Shown: positions 63,244 to 64,000 of the stretch, in pieces | Position numbering within the stretch: the first letter of the stretch is position 1 | Layout: each line of letters opens with the position of its first letter | Assembly (NCBI GenBank): GCA_965214775.1 | Contig: OZ243974.1 | Span: 1,376,001 to 1,440,000, forward strand | Reading direction: 5' to 3' | From: Nitrosopumilus sp. | GTDB taxonomy: Archaea; Thermoproteota; Nitrososphaeria; Nitrososphaerales; Nitrosopumilaceae | DNA length: 64,000 nucleotides | Program-made: the position numbers and the translations under genes | Notes under the pieces: generated by a model | What the model saw: the letters and a program-made list of their open reading frames with translations, nothing else | Told to the model about the DNA's origin: nothing | Database searches by the model: none

Positions 63244-64000
63244 TTCCGCCCCTCATTAGTATCCTTCTCCATCCATTTGGGGTCGCTTTTCCTGATCGCT
63301 TCTGTGGCCTCCCGGCTCCGGAACGCCATTCTGGGAGTCTCTGCACGCTTGATGTCAAGCGACCAGTGCGTCCTGTGCTCGTTGTAGAACTCGATGAACT
63401 CGTCTACCTTCTCAAAGTGCGTCAGCTCCTTCTCAAGCGTTCTGAACCACCTCTCCAACTTGCCGTTGGTCTGGGGGTGATGCGGACGCGAGTTGAGCAG
63501 GACGATGCTGTGCTCTAGCAGCTCGTTCTCAAACAGCGTGGGCGTCCAGCTGCCCCTTGGGGTACCGCGCCTGGCTGACGTAAAGCAGCTGCCGTTGTCC
63601 GAGAGTACCTGGGCCGGCGTCCCGAACTCTTTGATGGCCTTGCGCAGCACCAGGACTGCGTTCTCCGAGGTCGCGCGCTCAAAGACGCCAAATCCGGTTA
63701 TGCACCGCGAGGAATCGTCAAGATATGCCACCAGATTGAGTTTTTCTAGGCGTGAATCCTTCATTTCGTGCCAGTCCACGTGCCACATTGCATTGGAGTA
63801 CTTGCGCTCATAGCGCAGCCACTTGAGCTGTCTGGGTCTGGCAGGCGAGCCGTCCGTTATTCCCTCGACCTTCATGATCCTGTATACTGCATGGTAGCTT
63901 ATCTGCCTGCCTGCGGCCCTCATGCGCAATGCCAGCCTCTCCACACCCGACGGCATCCGCGCATATGCGTCAAGGACCGCCTCCACATCCACGGGATCCG
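63225..64000 (-). mobile_element. IS481-family element (runs off the window); transposase 63240->64000
   Basis: WHVDWH, DDSSR, SDNGSCF, PQTNGKLER; TGT terminus at 63225. Confidence 0.9.

Overview
Archaeal DNA from a Nitrosopumilaceae-like ammonia oxidiser (Thaumarchaeota), inferred from the SlaA-type S-layer gene, the cox/blue-copper cluster and F420 enzymes. 1-24.3 kb is mostly core genome: nucleotide-sugar genes, mtnA, an aminotransferase, npdG, the heme-copper oxidase operon and tRNA-Arg. Its intergenic spaces are packed with nested MITEs. A ~28.4 kb element is integrated at tRNA-Lys(CTT), bounded by a 17-bp att repeat at 24440 and 52826. It carries a tyrosine integrase, HNH/Zn-finger/HTH genes, iterated repeats, an IS-disrupted HEPN nuclease, several IS elements, and a surface module ending in a complete 1620-aa S-layer gene. 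An IS66/MNT-HEPN patch, tRNA-Val, a glycosyltransferase, aspartate kinase and more IS debris follow. The two most unusual signals are: (i) two isolated 'repeat-spacer-repeat' scars with CRISPR-like geometry (35-39 bp duplication around a 35-38 bp insert, period 73-74 bp) at unrelated chromosomal sites; and (ii) an S-layer gene carried as cargo of an integrative element. All calls come from reading the sequence and ORF track by eye; no searches were run.
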